The notes under the pieces were generated by a model. The model had not been told where the DNA came from. It did not search any database and worked only from the letters and a program-made list of their open reading frames with translations. A DNA stretch of 63,407 nucleotides, filler included. It is 15 parts of 15 records of this genome, joined end to end, with 100 filler letters (N's around TTAATTAATTAA, not from the genome) between each part and the next. Parts side by side here need not be neighbours in the genome. Positions count along the whole stretch, not along the records: positions 11,821 to 15,368 come from SRR7504441_93551; positions 15,469 to 19,843 come from SRR7504441_93775; positions 19,944 to 24,536 come from SRR7504441_94544; positions 24,637 to 28,093 come from SRR7504441_94553; 11 more parts are not named here. One strand, given 5' to 3'. The position numbers were made by a program, and so were the translations under genes. The stretch's first letter is position 1, and every line of letters starts with the position of its first letter. Shown here one piece after another: positions 11,848 through 24,952 of this stretch.

Positions 11848-14800
11848 ATGGCACCTGGCACACGGGCGGAGACGCTGGCTGCAATGGGCCCCGAGGAGAG
11901 GGCGGCAGCGGGCGAGGCGGGAGAGGAGGCGGCCGGAGATCTTGAGAGTTGCTCGGAGCCTGGGCTGGTCGGGGCGCCGGACGGTTTGGTAATGGACCGA
12001 AAGGACCTGCGAGGGGCCCAGCTCGGGGGAGTGGACCTGACCGGGGCTAGCTTCAAGAGCGCAGACTGCCGCGAGACAAACTTTGCTCAGTCTAATCTGG
12101 TCCGGGCCAACTTCAGCGAAGCCAACCTGGAGCGGGCGGTGCTACGGTTCTGCGACCTAGGGCAGGTGGACATGACCGGCGCCAGGCTCAGCGGGGTCGA
12201 CCTCTACAGCGCAACCTACGACCGCGACACCTGGATTGAGAATGGCTGGTTTACAGGGTGCCGTGTTGGGGCGGTTGTTTGGACTGGGTCGGATTTGATG
12301 GGTATCGACCTGACCAACTGTGACTTGAAGGACTCCAAGCTGGACAGCTGCATGCTCGAGGAGGCCGCGCTCGGAGGATGCCTGCTAAACTCTGCTGATC
12401 TGCGCGGCTCGGTCCTCCGGTCAGCCAGCTTGCGAGCAGCTAATCTGCGAGACGCGCTCACTGCAGGTGCCGACTTTGAAGGCGCCGACATGCGGTACGC
12501 CAAGCTGGACCCTGAGAAGATGGCCAGGCATGGCAACTTCAGGAGGGTTCTCCTGGGCGATGCGCAGTGGAAGGGGATGGACTTGAGTGGTTGCGATTTG
12601 ACTGGAGTGATCATGGAGGGGGCGGTCCTGCAGAATTCCAACCTGGCAGGGGCGACGCTGTCCGAAGCCCAGCTGCACGATGTGAAGTTTGGGGGTAGCG
12701 ACCTGACCGGTGTCTCCCTGGAGGGTGCACAGTACGATATTATGGCTGTAATCGAGGCTAGCAGTCTACACGGAATCAATTTTGGGACAGGGGTTCAATG
12801 GTCATGCGTAGTTTTATCAGGTGTGAACCTCGATGGCATCACCCTCATCGACTCTGACCTGTCCGGAGCCGACCTGCAGGGGTGCTCATTTAGAGGAGTC
12901 ACGCTTCTGGGTTGTGATTTCTCCGGGGCCAACCTGACTGGTGCGGTGTTTGACGACGCTGACCTTCAGGGGAGCGTCTTGGACAGGGCAAGCATGCAAA
13001 ATTGCAAGGTTTCGCGCACCAATATGGCCGGCTGCTCGATGAAATTGAACCTGGATCGAGCTGTCTTTGACGATGTGACCTTGGTTGGTGTAGATTTCAG
13101 CGACCGCAGCCTTCGAATGGTCAAGTTTCTGAATAATTGTGATCTTCGAAACGCGAAATTTGATCGATGCGACCTGACCCAGGCAAACTTGAGTCAAACT
13201 GACATGCGAAATGCTTCGTTCCACGAAGCTGACCTCACACAAGCTTGCCTTCTGGGGTCACAGGTGGAGAACTGTGACTTTAGATGCACCGACTTCACCG
13301 GTGCGAGCGTTCATGACGTGGTGTTCAAGGGCTCAGACTTAAGTGGCGCTGTCTTGCACCCACTCAGGAAATTCCTCCTCGCGGCAAAGCTAGCTGGAGC
13401 TCAGCTTGGACCGGTCGAGTGGCGTGATTGCGAACTTTCCAACGTCGATTTCAGCGGAGTCAAATTCAACGGCGCCGATCTGAGCGGTTCTAGATTGCAC
13501 AGCTGCCGATTCAAAGAGGCCGAGCTAGTGCGGAGCTGTTTGCGTAGGGCAGACTTGACCCAGAGCACTATGCGCGGCACCCGATACCTCAATTGTGATC
13601 TTCGGGAAGCCGAGATTCCGTTGTGCTTTCTGCAAAATGTTTGTTTCGCTGGCTCAGATTTATCCGGCCTGTATTCGACTGGCACGTCAGTAGACGGAGC
13701 TGATTTCCGCTGCACGGTGCTGAATCGGGAACAGACTGTAGATTTCCTCGAGTTTGCAGCGGGCTGCCTTGTTCTCGACAGAATTCAGTTTGAAGGGATT
13801 GACTTCTCGGGAATGGTCTTGAAAGGGCTGAAGATCTCCGACTCATCCATGACTCGCTGCAAATTTCAAGGCAGTACACTCAAGAACTGCGTCCTGCGGA
13901 ACAACGAGTTCTGCTGCTGTGATTTCAGTGAGGCAGAGATTATACAATGCATTTTCGAGGGTTCGACGCTAACAGGTGCCTCGTTCGATGACGCCGATAT
14001 TTCCACCACCAGCTTCAAGGGATGCGTGATGTCAGGTATATCAACTTGCAGACTCATCTAAGCGCTTGTATGGCAGAGAAGCCGGCCACCACCATGCTTC
14101 GGGCTACCGTATCGGATGTGATCTTACCTCCTGAGCTTTACACAGCCGAATTTGTGAAGGAGAACGGCTGGCTCAAATATGGCTGTTTCCCAGGGTGAGT
14201 AATGCGGCTATTCTTGAGCATGAGAGGGCTAATAGGGTGGATTGGAGCGGCGCTGACTTGGCCAACCAAAATATGGAGGGCATCGTCTTGCGTGGCGCCG
14301 ACCTCTCGGGCGCAGTACTCGATGGCTCCAACCTGATAGTGCGCAGGCTTCATGCGTGGAGCTTATTTGGGGTGACAGGGCGCCAACCTGGAGAATTGTA
14401 ACCTCGAGAAGACGTCCATGAAGGACTGCAATCTGGTCAAAGTAGACATGCTAGGTGCCAAGACCACGTGGCTGAGAGTGGATCGTTCTGATTTAAGCCA
14501 TGCTGAATACGACCTCGAATCAATCCACCGCGGCTGGTTGACGGAGTGCAAGGTCGGGGCCGTCGACTGGTCATACCGAGATCTCTCTGGCGCCCAGCTA
14601 TCGCAGATTGATATATCGGGCGGTGTGCTGACTTGTAGCAATTTGACAGATGCTGTGCTGAACAACGTCACCACAGACGATACTGAGTTCTACGGCGCAA
14701 CCTTCAACGTGGAGGAGGCGTGCTCGATGAAGTGGTTCCGGAATGCCAAGGTGTCCAGTAAAGACTTCCCGGTGGATTGGTCTAATAAAGTCTTGCAAGA

Positions 14801-15368
14801 GTCCATGCTGGCCGGCTGCAGTCTCAAGTATGCCAACCTCAGCGGAGTGGACTTCACAGGATCTGATCTTAGCCGGTGCGACTTTACAGGCGCAAGCTTA
14901 CGAGACGCAAACCTGTCGAAATGCCGCTTCGATCATGCAATTTGTCGAGATTGTGACCTTGATGGCGTCATCTACGAAGACATGTCGTATGGTTTACACA
15001 TCCGGCCTCCAGGTGAAATTAATCTCTGGAAACTGGCGGCTGGGACACAATTACCAGCGCGGAGCCACTGGCCAATCGAATGGGAGCCTGATAAGCACGA
15101 AAAGCACATGGATAAACACTTGAAGGATATGAGCATCGAGGATGTCGAGAAGAGCTTCAAAACAACGATATTAGCCAAACTTAGGAAACGGAACCAAGAG
15201 CGCAAGCACCAGAGGGAAGAGGCTGCGTCTAAGCTTGCAGACAATCAGGCTAGCGCCGAGCTCGAGGCTGAATTCTCCGACGACAACGCTAATCATGATT
15301 ATGATGCGAGTATTACTAGGCGCCAAACAGAGTCCCCCGAGAAAGAGGAACCGCCCGCTAGACCGACT
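11848..15368 (+). CDS. Very long pentapeptide-repeat protein (3' truncated); introns near 14035-14380
   Basis: Continuous A(D/N)LXX-type repeats across ORFs 11848-14061, 14195-14401 and 14418-15368. Confidence 0.9.
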
Positions 15369-15468
15369 NNNNNNNNNNNNNNNNNNNNNNNNNNNNNNNN
15401 NNNNNNNNNNNNTTAATTAATTAANNNNNNNNNNNNNNNNNNNNNNNNNNNNNNNNNNNNNNNNNNNN

Positions 15469-18400
15469 ATTGAGCAGGAGAGATATGATCTGCGGGGCAT
15501 CTTCCTTGAAGGCGTGATGCAGCAAGCTCCATGAATTCTCTTCTTCCGACCGCTTAATGTGACTGACAGACTGTTGCAGCGGCCTGAGTTCCACAACGAT
15601 CTCACAAAGCGCAGCCACCTCCTGCATCCAACGCACCACAGAGTGGCACGCTGAGGAGACCTTTCGGCAGCGGTCCAAGAAAGCCGGGTCCAAAGCACTG
15701 CACTCTTCTTGGGCCTCTCGTTTACGGATAAACTTCAGCCTTCGCAGTGTCTCATCGGCCACCTCACTCCCTTGGCAGATTTGATGAACAATGCGGTCAT
15801 ATGGTTCAAAAAAGTGTGGCGACGAGGTCCATTTTTTAATTCCTGGCCAGCCTTCTCTGTAAACCTTTTGTCCGAAAATAACTGTTCTCACAGCCAGCAA
15901 GGACCTTGCCACCATCGCCGGTGGTGAGGAAAAACCTTTCATCTCGCTAAGGTCCTTCTTTCCGACGCATTGTATTACAGCTCTCGCAGCATTAGCACGG
16001 TTCTGCGCCTCCTCTGCCATTGTTTGGATCTTGTGTGTCAAATTGTCATAGTCCTGGCCTGAAATGTCCGCCTGCAACTCGCTTCCCTCCGGAAGACTAA
16101 TATCTTCGCCCGCAACCAACGAGATGAGTTCTTTGGCTGTATCAATCTTATCCCCTTTACAGGCCCGTATCAACGCGCGTCTAACCTTGTCTTTCTGAAA
16201 CTGTGCTTCTCCGCACAATGCCAGACACTCCCTGCTCCCTACATGATATGCCAGATCTACAGCAGTGTATCCATCTTCTTGGCGCTGCAGAGGATCTGCT
16301 GATCCTTTCTGCAGAAGAAGCCTCGCAACCCTAGTGCTTCCAGAAGTAACCGCCACATGTAGCGCCGTAACTACATCTCCAACAGCCGTCGCCCGGCTTC
16401 CTGGCTTGAAATTCGTTGAATATTTTCTATAGCCCTCAAAACTAGCAAACATGGACGTCGCGTCTGCCAATGGGTGCCTCCTGGTACGCCTTCGAAAACC
16501 AGTTAAGCAATTGATTTGCCAGCCTTCGCTCGGGTTGGGCCATTCAGTTTTGTGATCAGGGGTCTCCATTCGATAATACCAACCTTTATTCGTTCCCTCC
16601 AAGTCGGCGATCTGAACAGAATCTTCCACCTGCGAGTCCATCTTCCAATTGTCCAACTTGCGGAACGTGACTTGACCCAGTGAAGCCCCAGATGCCAAGA
16701 CGGCGTCTCGTTGGCTGCTATCTTCACGCTGGTAGGCAGAGTCTTCTTCAGCTAGATAGTACATTCTCTGGTAGGCAAAACCGGGCATATGGGTGCTGTT
16801 GATGGCTTCTTCGAGCCAAGCATTTATCTGCGGTTCGTAGGGGCGCCATTCTCCGTCTGTACCAGATGTAGACAGATCCACTGACCAAATCCAGACAGGT
16901 TCATGCAAAATCCTCTCTGCAGCAATCTCTAAGTCTTGCATTGCACAATAGTGAAGCGGGAAAAGAGAGAAAGCGCTCGCCACTTGTGCGGACCAGCCAG
17001 CATCCAGGAGTACGACAGCTATTTCTTCTGCTCCATGATACAAAGCCCAGTGCAATGGCGAGCCGCTGTTAGTTTGTTTGGAGGATAAAGAGTCAATGAA
17101 TTTGATATGTTGTCTGCTGCGATTTGGATTTGAATCCAATGTCAGCAAACGACAGATCAACTCTTTAGCCTCTGATAGTGGCCAGTTTGGCAACTCGACG
17201 CATACATTAAGAACTACATTATCCCTGATTTCATCATCTGTAGCGACTGCAGCTGGTGCACCGTGCTCTCGCAGTAACCCTGCCACATCCGCTCGGCCGT
17301 GGCGAATCGCAACTGTGAGTGGAGTCAGCTGAGGCCAGATATTCGATGCTAAAGACTCAGCGCTCGTAGACGCCCCATGTTTCAAGAGCACCTTTGCCGG
17401 CTCTGCCATCCCCGAGAACGCTGCATAATGCAGGAGTGTCCAGCTGTGCCCGTCGCGCATCTCTGGAGTTATAAATTGGCGCTCGAGCAGCCACTCGAGC
17501 AGGATGGGATCTGGATCGACCAGGCGACACCGCTCATGCGTGTGCCGCACGCTGTGGCTCAGATCCTTGCCGCCTGCAATTTCAGTGTTGGCCACGCCAC
17601 AGCAGCAGGTGGCAACGAATAACAGAAACGCGTGTGCAAGCCCTCGGGATCGCAGCTCTGGATTGTCCTCCTCGTCATCCGTTCCTTCAAAATCCGGATC
17701 CTTGTCCTCCTCGCCAGCCAGCAGGAGCTCGACAGCAGCATCCGCCCCAGCCCCCTGCGCGTTTCTGATCGCCCGATGGATCCGTCTCTTGTCAGTCGTC
17801 AGACCTAGCCCGAGCAGCTGCGCAAACAGCTCATCGTCCGGCTCGCCGCTCGCGGATGGATCATTGGGCAGGAAACCGCTGTGGGGCCAAGCCGACTTGT
17901 AGACATGAATGAACCTTTCGTCTAGCAGCTCTCCAAACGCGTCGCCTCCACCTGAGAAGCAATTATCGTAGAGGCAGCCGCCCAGCGGAAGCCAGCCGTG
18001 CTCGATCAGCACGTCTGCCACAGGCCAGGCGCCCGCTCCGACAAGAAACCCCCAGCCGAGCGCGAACTCGCCCCCGTTCAGGGCCAGACCAAAGTCTCGG
18101 ACCAAATCCAGAGCCCCGGCCTCCACTGGCGGCAGCGCGCTGGCCAGCTCAATCAACTGGCGCACACGCCCCGCTAGCCGGTCCATTGTTCCCTCCGGCA
18201 GCTTTCGTCGCTCGAACTGCCCCTCGGGCTGCGGCAGCACGGCGGGCTCAATCTGGGAGAATGCTTTGCGGATCTGCGAGAAGACCTCGTCCAACAGCAC
18301 GCGGATGAGGGCTTGGGCGCAGGCCGGGCTGATCTCGCCGGCAGAGTTGGTCTCCGCCACCTGCCAGGTGCCGATCAGCGGGCGCACGCCGACTAGCGCT

Positions 18401-18711
18401 CACCTGCAAGGCAGGCGCCTCGGTGAGGTGGCACTCGACGGTGGTCTCCTGTCGGCACTCGGTTCAGCCACCGCGCGGGCGGACTGACACCTGGCCCGTG
18501 CACAGCGCGGTGCACCGGAGCTGGAACGGCCCGCCCGCAGCGGCCGGCTGGGTGATCTGGTGCACCCGGACCAGCCCAGCCTCTCCTACGGCCAGGCAGC
18601 CCGGCGCCACTGGGCAGTCTGGCGCCCCGGAGCCCAGCGCCACTGCGGTAAGACAGTCACCACTCATCTGCCACGGTGCTCAAGCACTGCAATCCGCTCA
18701 TCGGCGGCCAT
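15469..18711 (-). CDS. UBA-ankyrin-WWE-ankyrin-dynein MTBD-like multidomain protein (3' truncated; start inferred)
   Basis: UBA-like FAQLLGLGL...AAVELLL. ANK (TLLHYAA, TPLTVAI, SPLHWAL, TALHVAV). WWE (WIW...GEWRPYEPQINAWLEEA...QINCLTGFRRRTRR). Dynein stalk-tip motif KKDLSEMKGFSSPPAMV...W...KVSSACHSVVRW. Confidence 0.8.
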
Positions 18712-19076
18712 GATGCTGCAATGATTTCCAACATGTAGATCTATACAGCTGTAGATTATTCGGGACTCCTGGCGCCGATGGTTGCACATGGCAAGTAATT
18801 AGTTGCCATAGGGGCCGGGGATCGGCGGTCCTTAGGCAACTGGTGGCACGGCGTGCCTATGGCAGCCCGGAGGCTCAGTGGCCCAGACCAGGCGTACCTT
18901 GATCAATATGGCATTTACTTGCCATGGCAGATCTCAGTTCTAAGTAGCTAAGTAGACTAAGTGTAGCCTAGGACGACTTAGTTACGTGTGATGTGTGGCA
19001 CTAGCTAATGCCCTCGACGTTAATACATGTCATCACGCAATGCCATGCAAGCTATAGCTACATGCAAGCGATGAAA

Positions 19077-19843
19077 TCACCACATCAGTCCTTCTGTGTG
19101 GAGACCATCCAACAGCGGCAACATCGTCTCCTCCAACCAACGTTTAAAAGAAGGCGTTGTGTCGATATATGCCTTGACCCGTGCCTTCATCTCAGCACCC
19201 ATTACGGAGGTCTCGTTGTAAATTGAGTCGCAGAACTGGACAATGTACCTCAAATCGCCAACAGTTGGCGTGTCAGTGCCAGCAAGGAACGGCTTGCCGT
19301 GCTTGTTCAGCTGACTCTCGCCCCAGTCACTGAAACACTTGAACATGTCAAAGCAGTTGGTAGCCAACTCCTCAGTCGGGCCTTCCCCCATGCAACCGAG
19401 GCAATAAAGCGAGTGCTGGGCTATTCCGGCATTCTTGAACCCAGTCTCGACCTGCGCCATGCACACATCGATCTCCCACATTGTCTCTGGGTCTGTCGAG
19501 TAGAAACCGAGCTGCGCCCCGACCTTGCGCAGGATCGCATTTGTCTCATAGTAGGTCTTGCCTTTCTCTTTCAACACTGGCAGTCCCCCACCAGATTGGG
19601 AGGTCGGGCTGAACTCGCCGGTCGCTTTCCGCCTGTTGTACTCCGAGTCTAGATCCGACAGTTGCGCCACCGCGAACACCTGCCGGCCCTCACCTCATCC
19701 GCCCAGCTCAACGCTCACCTCATCCGAGTAGTCCACCTTGGCCAGCCGGAAAAGCAGGCGGATCGGCTCGGCGCGGCCACCCACTCCCTCAAAGTATATC
19801 AGGTGAGGCTTGGCCTCGTCGGATTGCACCGGCCCCGCCCCCA
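19077..19843 (-). CDS. Glutathione S-transferase (sigma-like), 5' truncated
   Basis: IYFEGVGGRAEPIRLLF, GGLPVL, ETNAILRKVG, FLAGTDTPTVGDL. Confidence 0.9.
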
Positions 19844-20358
19844 NNNNNNNNNNNNNNNNNNNNNNNNNNNNNNNNNNNNNNNNNNNNTTAATTAATTAAN
19901 NNNNNNNNNNNNNNNNNNNNNNNNNNNNNNNNNNNNNNNNNNNGGGGGGGGGGGGGAGGGGGAGCCGCGGGCAGGGGGGAGAGCGCGCGGTGCCGGTCCG
20001 GTTTGAGATGAACTTGGAGCAGCTGAGCGCGCTGAATGAGAAGCTAGACGGGATCGACAAGCTGGTGCAAGAGATGACCGACCAGCCCGAGCCGTGAGAC
20101 CCTCCCGAATAGAGCCAGCTCGCGCCTCTTTCGCATTGCGTGTGTGCAACTAGACGTATTATAATGGGCTAGTTGCTTCAATTGATTCACCAATATAAAA
20201 GGCGCGACCAGTCGAGTACCGGTAACGGAACGAGTCGGTAACGGAACGACGTGCGACAACTAATGGATCTGTGAGATTCTGGCGGAGACCTAGAGCGGCT
20301 GGTGGCACGGAGCAGGCTCGACCAGTGCGTTAGGCTGCCCGGAGGCCGCACAGCAGTC

Positions 20359-23300
20359 ATGTCGGACGCCGCGGACGACCAGGAGATCGAGGCGCTGCGC
20401 CAGAGCTGGGAGCTAGCAGCCGTGCGGCACTTTTTCTGTGCCTTTGGCAAAACGTGAGCCTCTGCCCGGCCTAGGCTGCAATAGGCAGCGCGCGGGACTG
20501 GCCGACCGGGTGGGCTGACCGGGCCTGGTCGGGGTGCAGGCTGGGAGTCCGGGATCCCGAGTTCGACGAGCTTGAATCGCTGTGTTTGGACCCAACAGGC
20601 AATTCTGTACTGCTCTGCACCCTGGTGCAGGCCCTGCTGCCCGAGGAGATGCGGATAGAGCGGGTGAGCTGGCCCCAGCCTCATATAGCCACCCCGGGGC
20701 TGTGCCCCGGCCATGGAGGGCTGGGGGCGGCTGTAGCGCCTGGGCCGGCCGAAGGGGGCTGAGCGGCTGGTCTGGCAGTTTATTGGCGATCGGCGGGACT
20801 GGGCCAGCCTGGAGGTCAAGCTGGTGCACCGGCTGGACGACGCGATCCCGGACCTGCTCAGCGACAACCCGATGGTGCTGCCTGGCCCTGGGCGAGCCCT
20901 GACTGAAAGAGATGGGTGCGGCGCAGAGGGTGACCAGCCGCCAGCCTGCCGCAAAGCGGACCAAATGGGGCAATAAGCGGCGGGCTGTGCGCGAGCCAGA
21001 TGCTGCCGCCGGGGGCGAGCCGGATGCGGCTGGCGAGGGCCAGCAGTCCACGGATAAGCCAGTGGACACTGACGTGCGCCCAGCCGACATGATAGACTTT
21101 GCCGCGATCGCGCCCGAAGCCAGACTGCGGACGCTCCGTGTGCTGTGCGAGCTGTGCTGCGACGACTCGGACGCGGTGTGGGAGCACTGCACCGACCATG
21201 TGGACAAGGTGCCTGCGAGCCCAGTCGGCCGCTAAGTCCAGACGTTACAGGTGAGAATGCACTCTATCGGGATAGACGCGGCTAACCAAAACGTGTTCCG
21301 GGTCTCAGAGAACGACCTGCGCGTGTTCCGGTGCCTGGCCTGGCTGCAGCGCGCTGAGCGGCCCGCAGGGAGCAGCCGAGGCTGCCTGCGCGAGGCAGGA
21401 AGCAGCCGCCCACCCCCAAGTGGCAGACGCTGTGCACGACCCTTCCGGAATTGGAGGAGCTAGCCGACCGTTGGCGGAGCGCCAGGGGGCGGCACCAGAA
21501 GGAGAAGAAGCTGGCTCAGATTTTGGACCAAGCGCTCCCTAATTTGCAAGCCAAAGATAGGCAGAAGAAGAAAGCTAGCGAGATCGCGCTCATGCCGAGG
21601 CGGCGGAGCGATCGGGCGGTGCTGATGGAGCGGAAGCAGCTTGAGGGTGCGCGCCGGCTCGGGGCCGGGCTGAGCGCGTGCTGGCAGAGACTTTGGCGGA
21701 AGAGCGAAGACAGAGGGACGAGGAGGAGCGGTACATCGAGCGAGAGAAGAGGAGGGAGGAGGAGGCCAAGCAGCGCGAGAAGGAGCGGCTAGAGGCCGAG
21801 GCGGCGGCCGAGGCGGCCGATGCAGCTGCGGCCGAGGAGAGAGAGCGGGCGGCCCGGGCGGAGCGGTGCGCAGGCCTGTGGAGCAGTAGCTGAGCACGAT
21901 TACAGGTTTGATCGGATGCGAAGACGGGAGCTCGGGCTGCCGTCTGCATGGGAGCCTGCCCCGCCTCCGCCGAAGCCGCAGCCGCCCGCATCCCAGCCGC
22001 AGCCAGAGGAGCAGGAAGTCTTCCCAATGGTATATCGGTCAGCGAGGATGCAAGAGCATGAGGAGAGGTTGGCGGCCCAAGCGGCGGCAGAAGCGGCCGA
22101 GGCGAAGCGGCTGCAGCAGATACAGGAACGGGAGGCCTGGAAGCTGCGGCAGCAGCAGATGGCAGAGCGAATGGTGCACGAAAGGTGCCCAGGCATAGCT
22201 GGGCGGCTCTCAGTGCGGTGGCCAGGCAAGCCCAGAAGGAGGCGGAGGAGGAGGCTGCAAGGATAAGGGCGGAGCGGATGGAGCGGCGGCGGATGGGGCT
22301 GCCAGCTGAGCCTGTCCCGATGCCAAAGCCGGTAGTGGCGCTGAGAGAGGAGAGGGAGGCCCGCGCGCACGCAGTCGCTGCTCGCAAGCCGCGCGCACGC
22401 AGACACAAAGCGGAGCAGTTTGTGATGCCGGAACCTGACGATTCGATCCAGTGCCCGTGTGGCGTGCAGGTGGACCTCGGTCATCTGATGATAGCCTGCT
22501 CCGCGTGCGAGCTGTGGTGCCACGCCCGGTGTGTCGGATTCGAGACGGCTGACCAAGTGCCCGACGACTTCAGATGCAGAACGTGCAGACTAACAGGCCG
22601 GCAGCCAGCTCCTGGCTCCCAGCCCACCGACCCCTCGGATGGGCAAGAGAGCCGCGCGTCACGTAACCGGACTCCGTCGACCAAGCTGCTCTCGTACATT
22701 GAACAGTCTCAGGTGCGTGTGACAGATGGGCCGACGAGGGGTGTCAAGCGGAAGATCCGGGACGGAGGCCAAAGGCCGTACAAGAGGCCTCTGGCCATCC
22801 CGCCACAAATGCCAGTGGAGACGGACTTATGGCTCCAGTGTGACACATGCTTCCAGTGGCTGCGCGCACAACAGGTATGTACCGAGCCTTGCGCTGTGCC
22901 TGACCGGTGTGCAGTTGGGATTCTTCTCTGCAAGCCAGATACCGGAGGTTTACAGCTGTCCCAGCTGCGTCGCCACAGCCCAGAAGGATCAAGCGGACCA
23001 AGCGGCCATGTTCCAAGCCTCCAAAGACCACGTGTGGCAGAAGCTAGGCCGGTTTGAAAACAATTACGGCCCGGAGTGCCTGGACCGTTGTGCTTCGCTA
23101 GAGAGTGTGAATTCAAAGCGTGCCACGACGACAAGTGCACCTCTGGACAAAGCTGCAACGCTGGACAGCTCGCAGGCCCACAGCGCAATCTGCCAGCTTG
23201 AGGCACCCAAGGCCTATGCAGCCCCGGAGGGGGGCGTGCTCCCTGAGCCTCTAGAGGCGACTGCTGCAGCTGGGCAAGGCAGCATGGTGAGTCAGCTTGT

Positions 23301-24165
23301 GCCTCCAATGGAACCTGCCAGGCACGGGAGCGCATTCGCTGTTGCAGCTGTGCCAGAGCAGCCGGCAGCAGCATTACAGCCTCATCTAAGCAATGTCGAG
23401 CCAACCAGCCAAGGCGGCTTGGTAGCAAGCATAGGAGTGCAGTCGCAGCCACCTCCATCGCAGCCAGTGAGTGGCCAGGTGTGGAGCGAGCAAGTTGGTT
23501 CTCAGCAGCACCTATCGACAGGGCTGGTGGAGGCCCCAGAGGCGCTTGCCCCTCAACAGCCTGAGTCGACTGCTGCACTGATGGTGGATCCTCTGGCAGA
23601 GTCTCAGGCTGCAGCGATGTCGCAGCAGTCCTTAATCGTGTCCTCTCAACCCAGACTGGCGACACAACAGTCCTTAACAGTGACCTCTGCTGAAGAGATA
23701 GAGCATGTCGAGCCTGCCACCAGCATGCTACGCCCAGAGCCTGCTACACAGGCTGCTGGCTTGGCTCACCAACAGCCCGAAGCACAGCCCGAAGCACTGC
23801 CTCCTGCCATCGACGAGGCGCCAATCTTGCTGCAGCCAAACAGCGAGCCACAGGTAGCAGAGCAGACGGAACAAGGTGCACACAGCCAGCCGGAGCATCA
23901 CCAGCTTGTCGACAATCACGAATCAGTCGAAACTCATTTGCAGGCTACAGCTGCGCCTGAGCTCGCAACACAGCAAGAGCCCGTGTCGACAGGGCTCGAG
24001 CAGAATTGGCCACAGCCTCTTGATCCAGAGCCCGCTGCGGTCGTGATGCCAACAAGGCTACAGCCTACCGAGCAGCTACCGCTGGATAGCGAAGCTGCAA
24101 TGCAAGATGGTGCAGCTGATCCAGGTGCCCCAAAAGACGCATATGTATACGCCGCCTCTGGCTGA
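20359..24165 (+). CDS. DDT-like (RSF1/CECR2-type) chromatin protein with PHD finger(s); multi-intron
   Basis: N-terminal LRQSWELAAVRHFFCAFG, then RLRTLRVLCEL and SIGIDA. PHD CPCG...IACSACELWCHARCVG...FRCRTC at ~22450-22590 and a second partial PHD, followed by a long P/Q/E-rich tail. Confidence 0.75.
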
Positions 24166-24312
24166 ATGCGCGTGGCGGGGGCCGACACCGGAGCTACACC
24201 GGAGCTAGGAGCAAGCATATGAGTTAACTATGCGCAGCGCATGTGTCTATAATTTAAAGCATCACGGTCATTATTACATGTATTAAACACAATTATAACT
24301 TTTTTTTTTGAA

Positions 24313-24536
24313 ATGCCGGGGACCCCCGAGGGCAAGGGGGGCGGCAAGGGCACCAGAGATGAAGCGGTGTCGCGGCACCTGACCAAGATTCGCGTCGAGC
24401 GGGGCCCGCCGGTTGCTTGGAGGCTGCGGGTCGCGGGGCCGTTCGGCGAGTCACTGGACAGCGAGGTCCAGGCCCGGCAGGAGTGGATTGGGCAGATGGT
24501 CCAGACAGAGCTGGTGCGGCAGCGGTCGTGGTACGG
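24313..24536 (+). CDS. Hypothetical protein, 5' fragment
   Basis: ATG after an AT-rich/poly-T tract, open to the contig end with GC-rich codons. Confidence 0.4.
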
Positions 24537-24636
24537 NNNNNNNNNNNNNNNNNNNNNNNNNNNNNNNNNNNNNNNNNNNNTTAATTAATTAANNNNNNNN
24601 NNNNNNNNNNNNNNNNNNNNNNNNNNNNNNNNNNNN

Positions 24637-24871
24637 CCCCCCCCCCCCCTCCCCCGGGGACACACCTTGAGCGACTCGCGTACGAGCTTGGCTTGCTCAA
24701 CTAGGACCTGCCGTGATCGGGTGAGCCGGCTGCCAGGCAGGGGGTGGGGACCCAGTGGTCGCGGGTGGCTTGCTCGGTGGCCTGGCGCCGCTGGACCGGG
24801 TCGTCGTGGTTGTACTCGGCGTCCCCCACCGCCGGCACCCGATCGTACTCCCGGTGAGCTGCCTTGGGCAT
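24637..24871 (-). CDS. NDUFB10: Complex I subunit NDUFB10/PDSW-like (3' truncated)
   Basis: Spliced reading DDPVQRRQATEQATRDHW|VLVEQAKLVRESLK matches the D.P....E...R..W...E.AK..RE pattern of plant/protist B10. Confidence 0.75.
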
Positions 24872-24952
24872 TCTTCCCCACCAGCGCAACCTCAGCAACG
24901 GACTTAGACTCTACCGGAGCCGTTGGCGGGCTGCCCTACTCGACAGACAACC

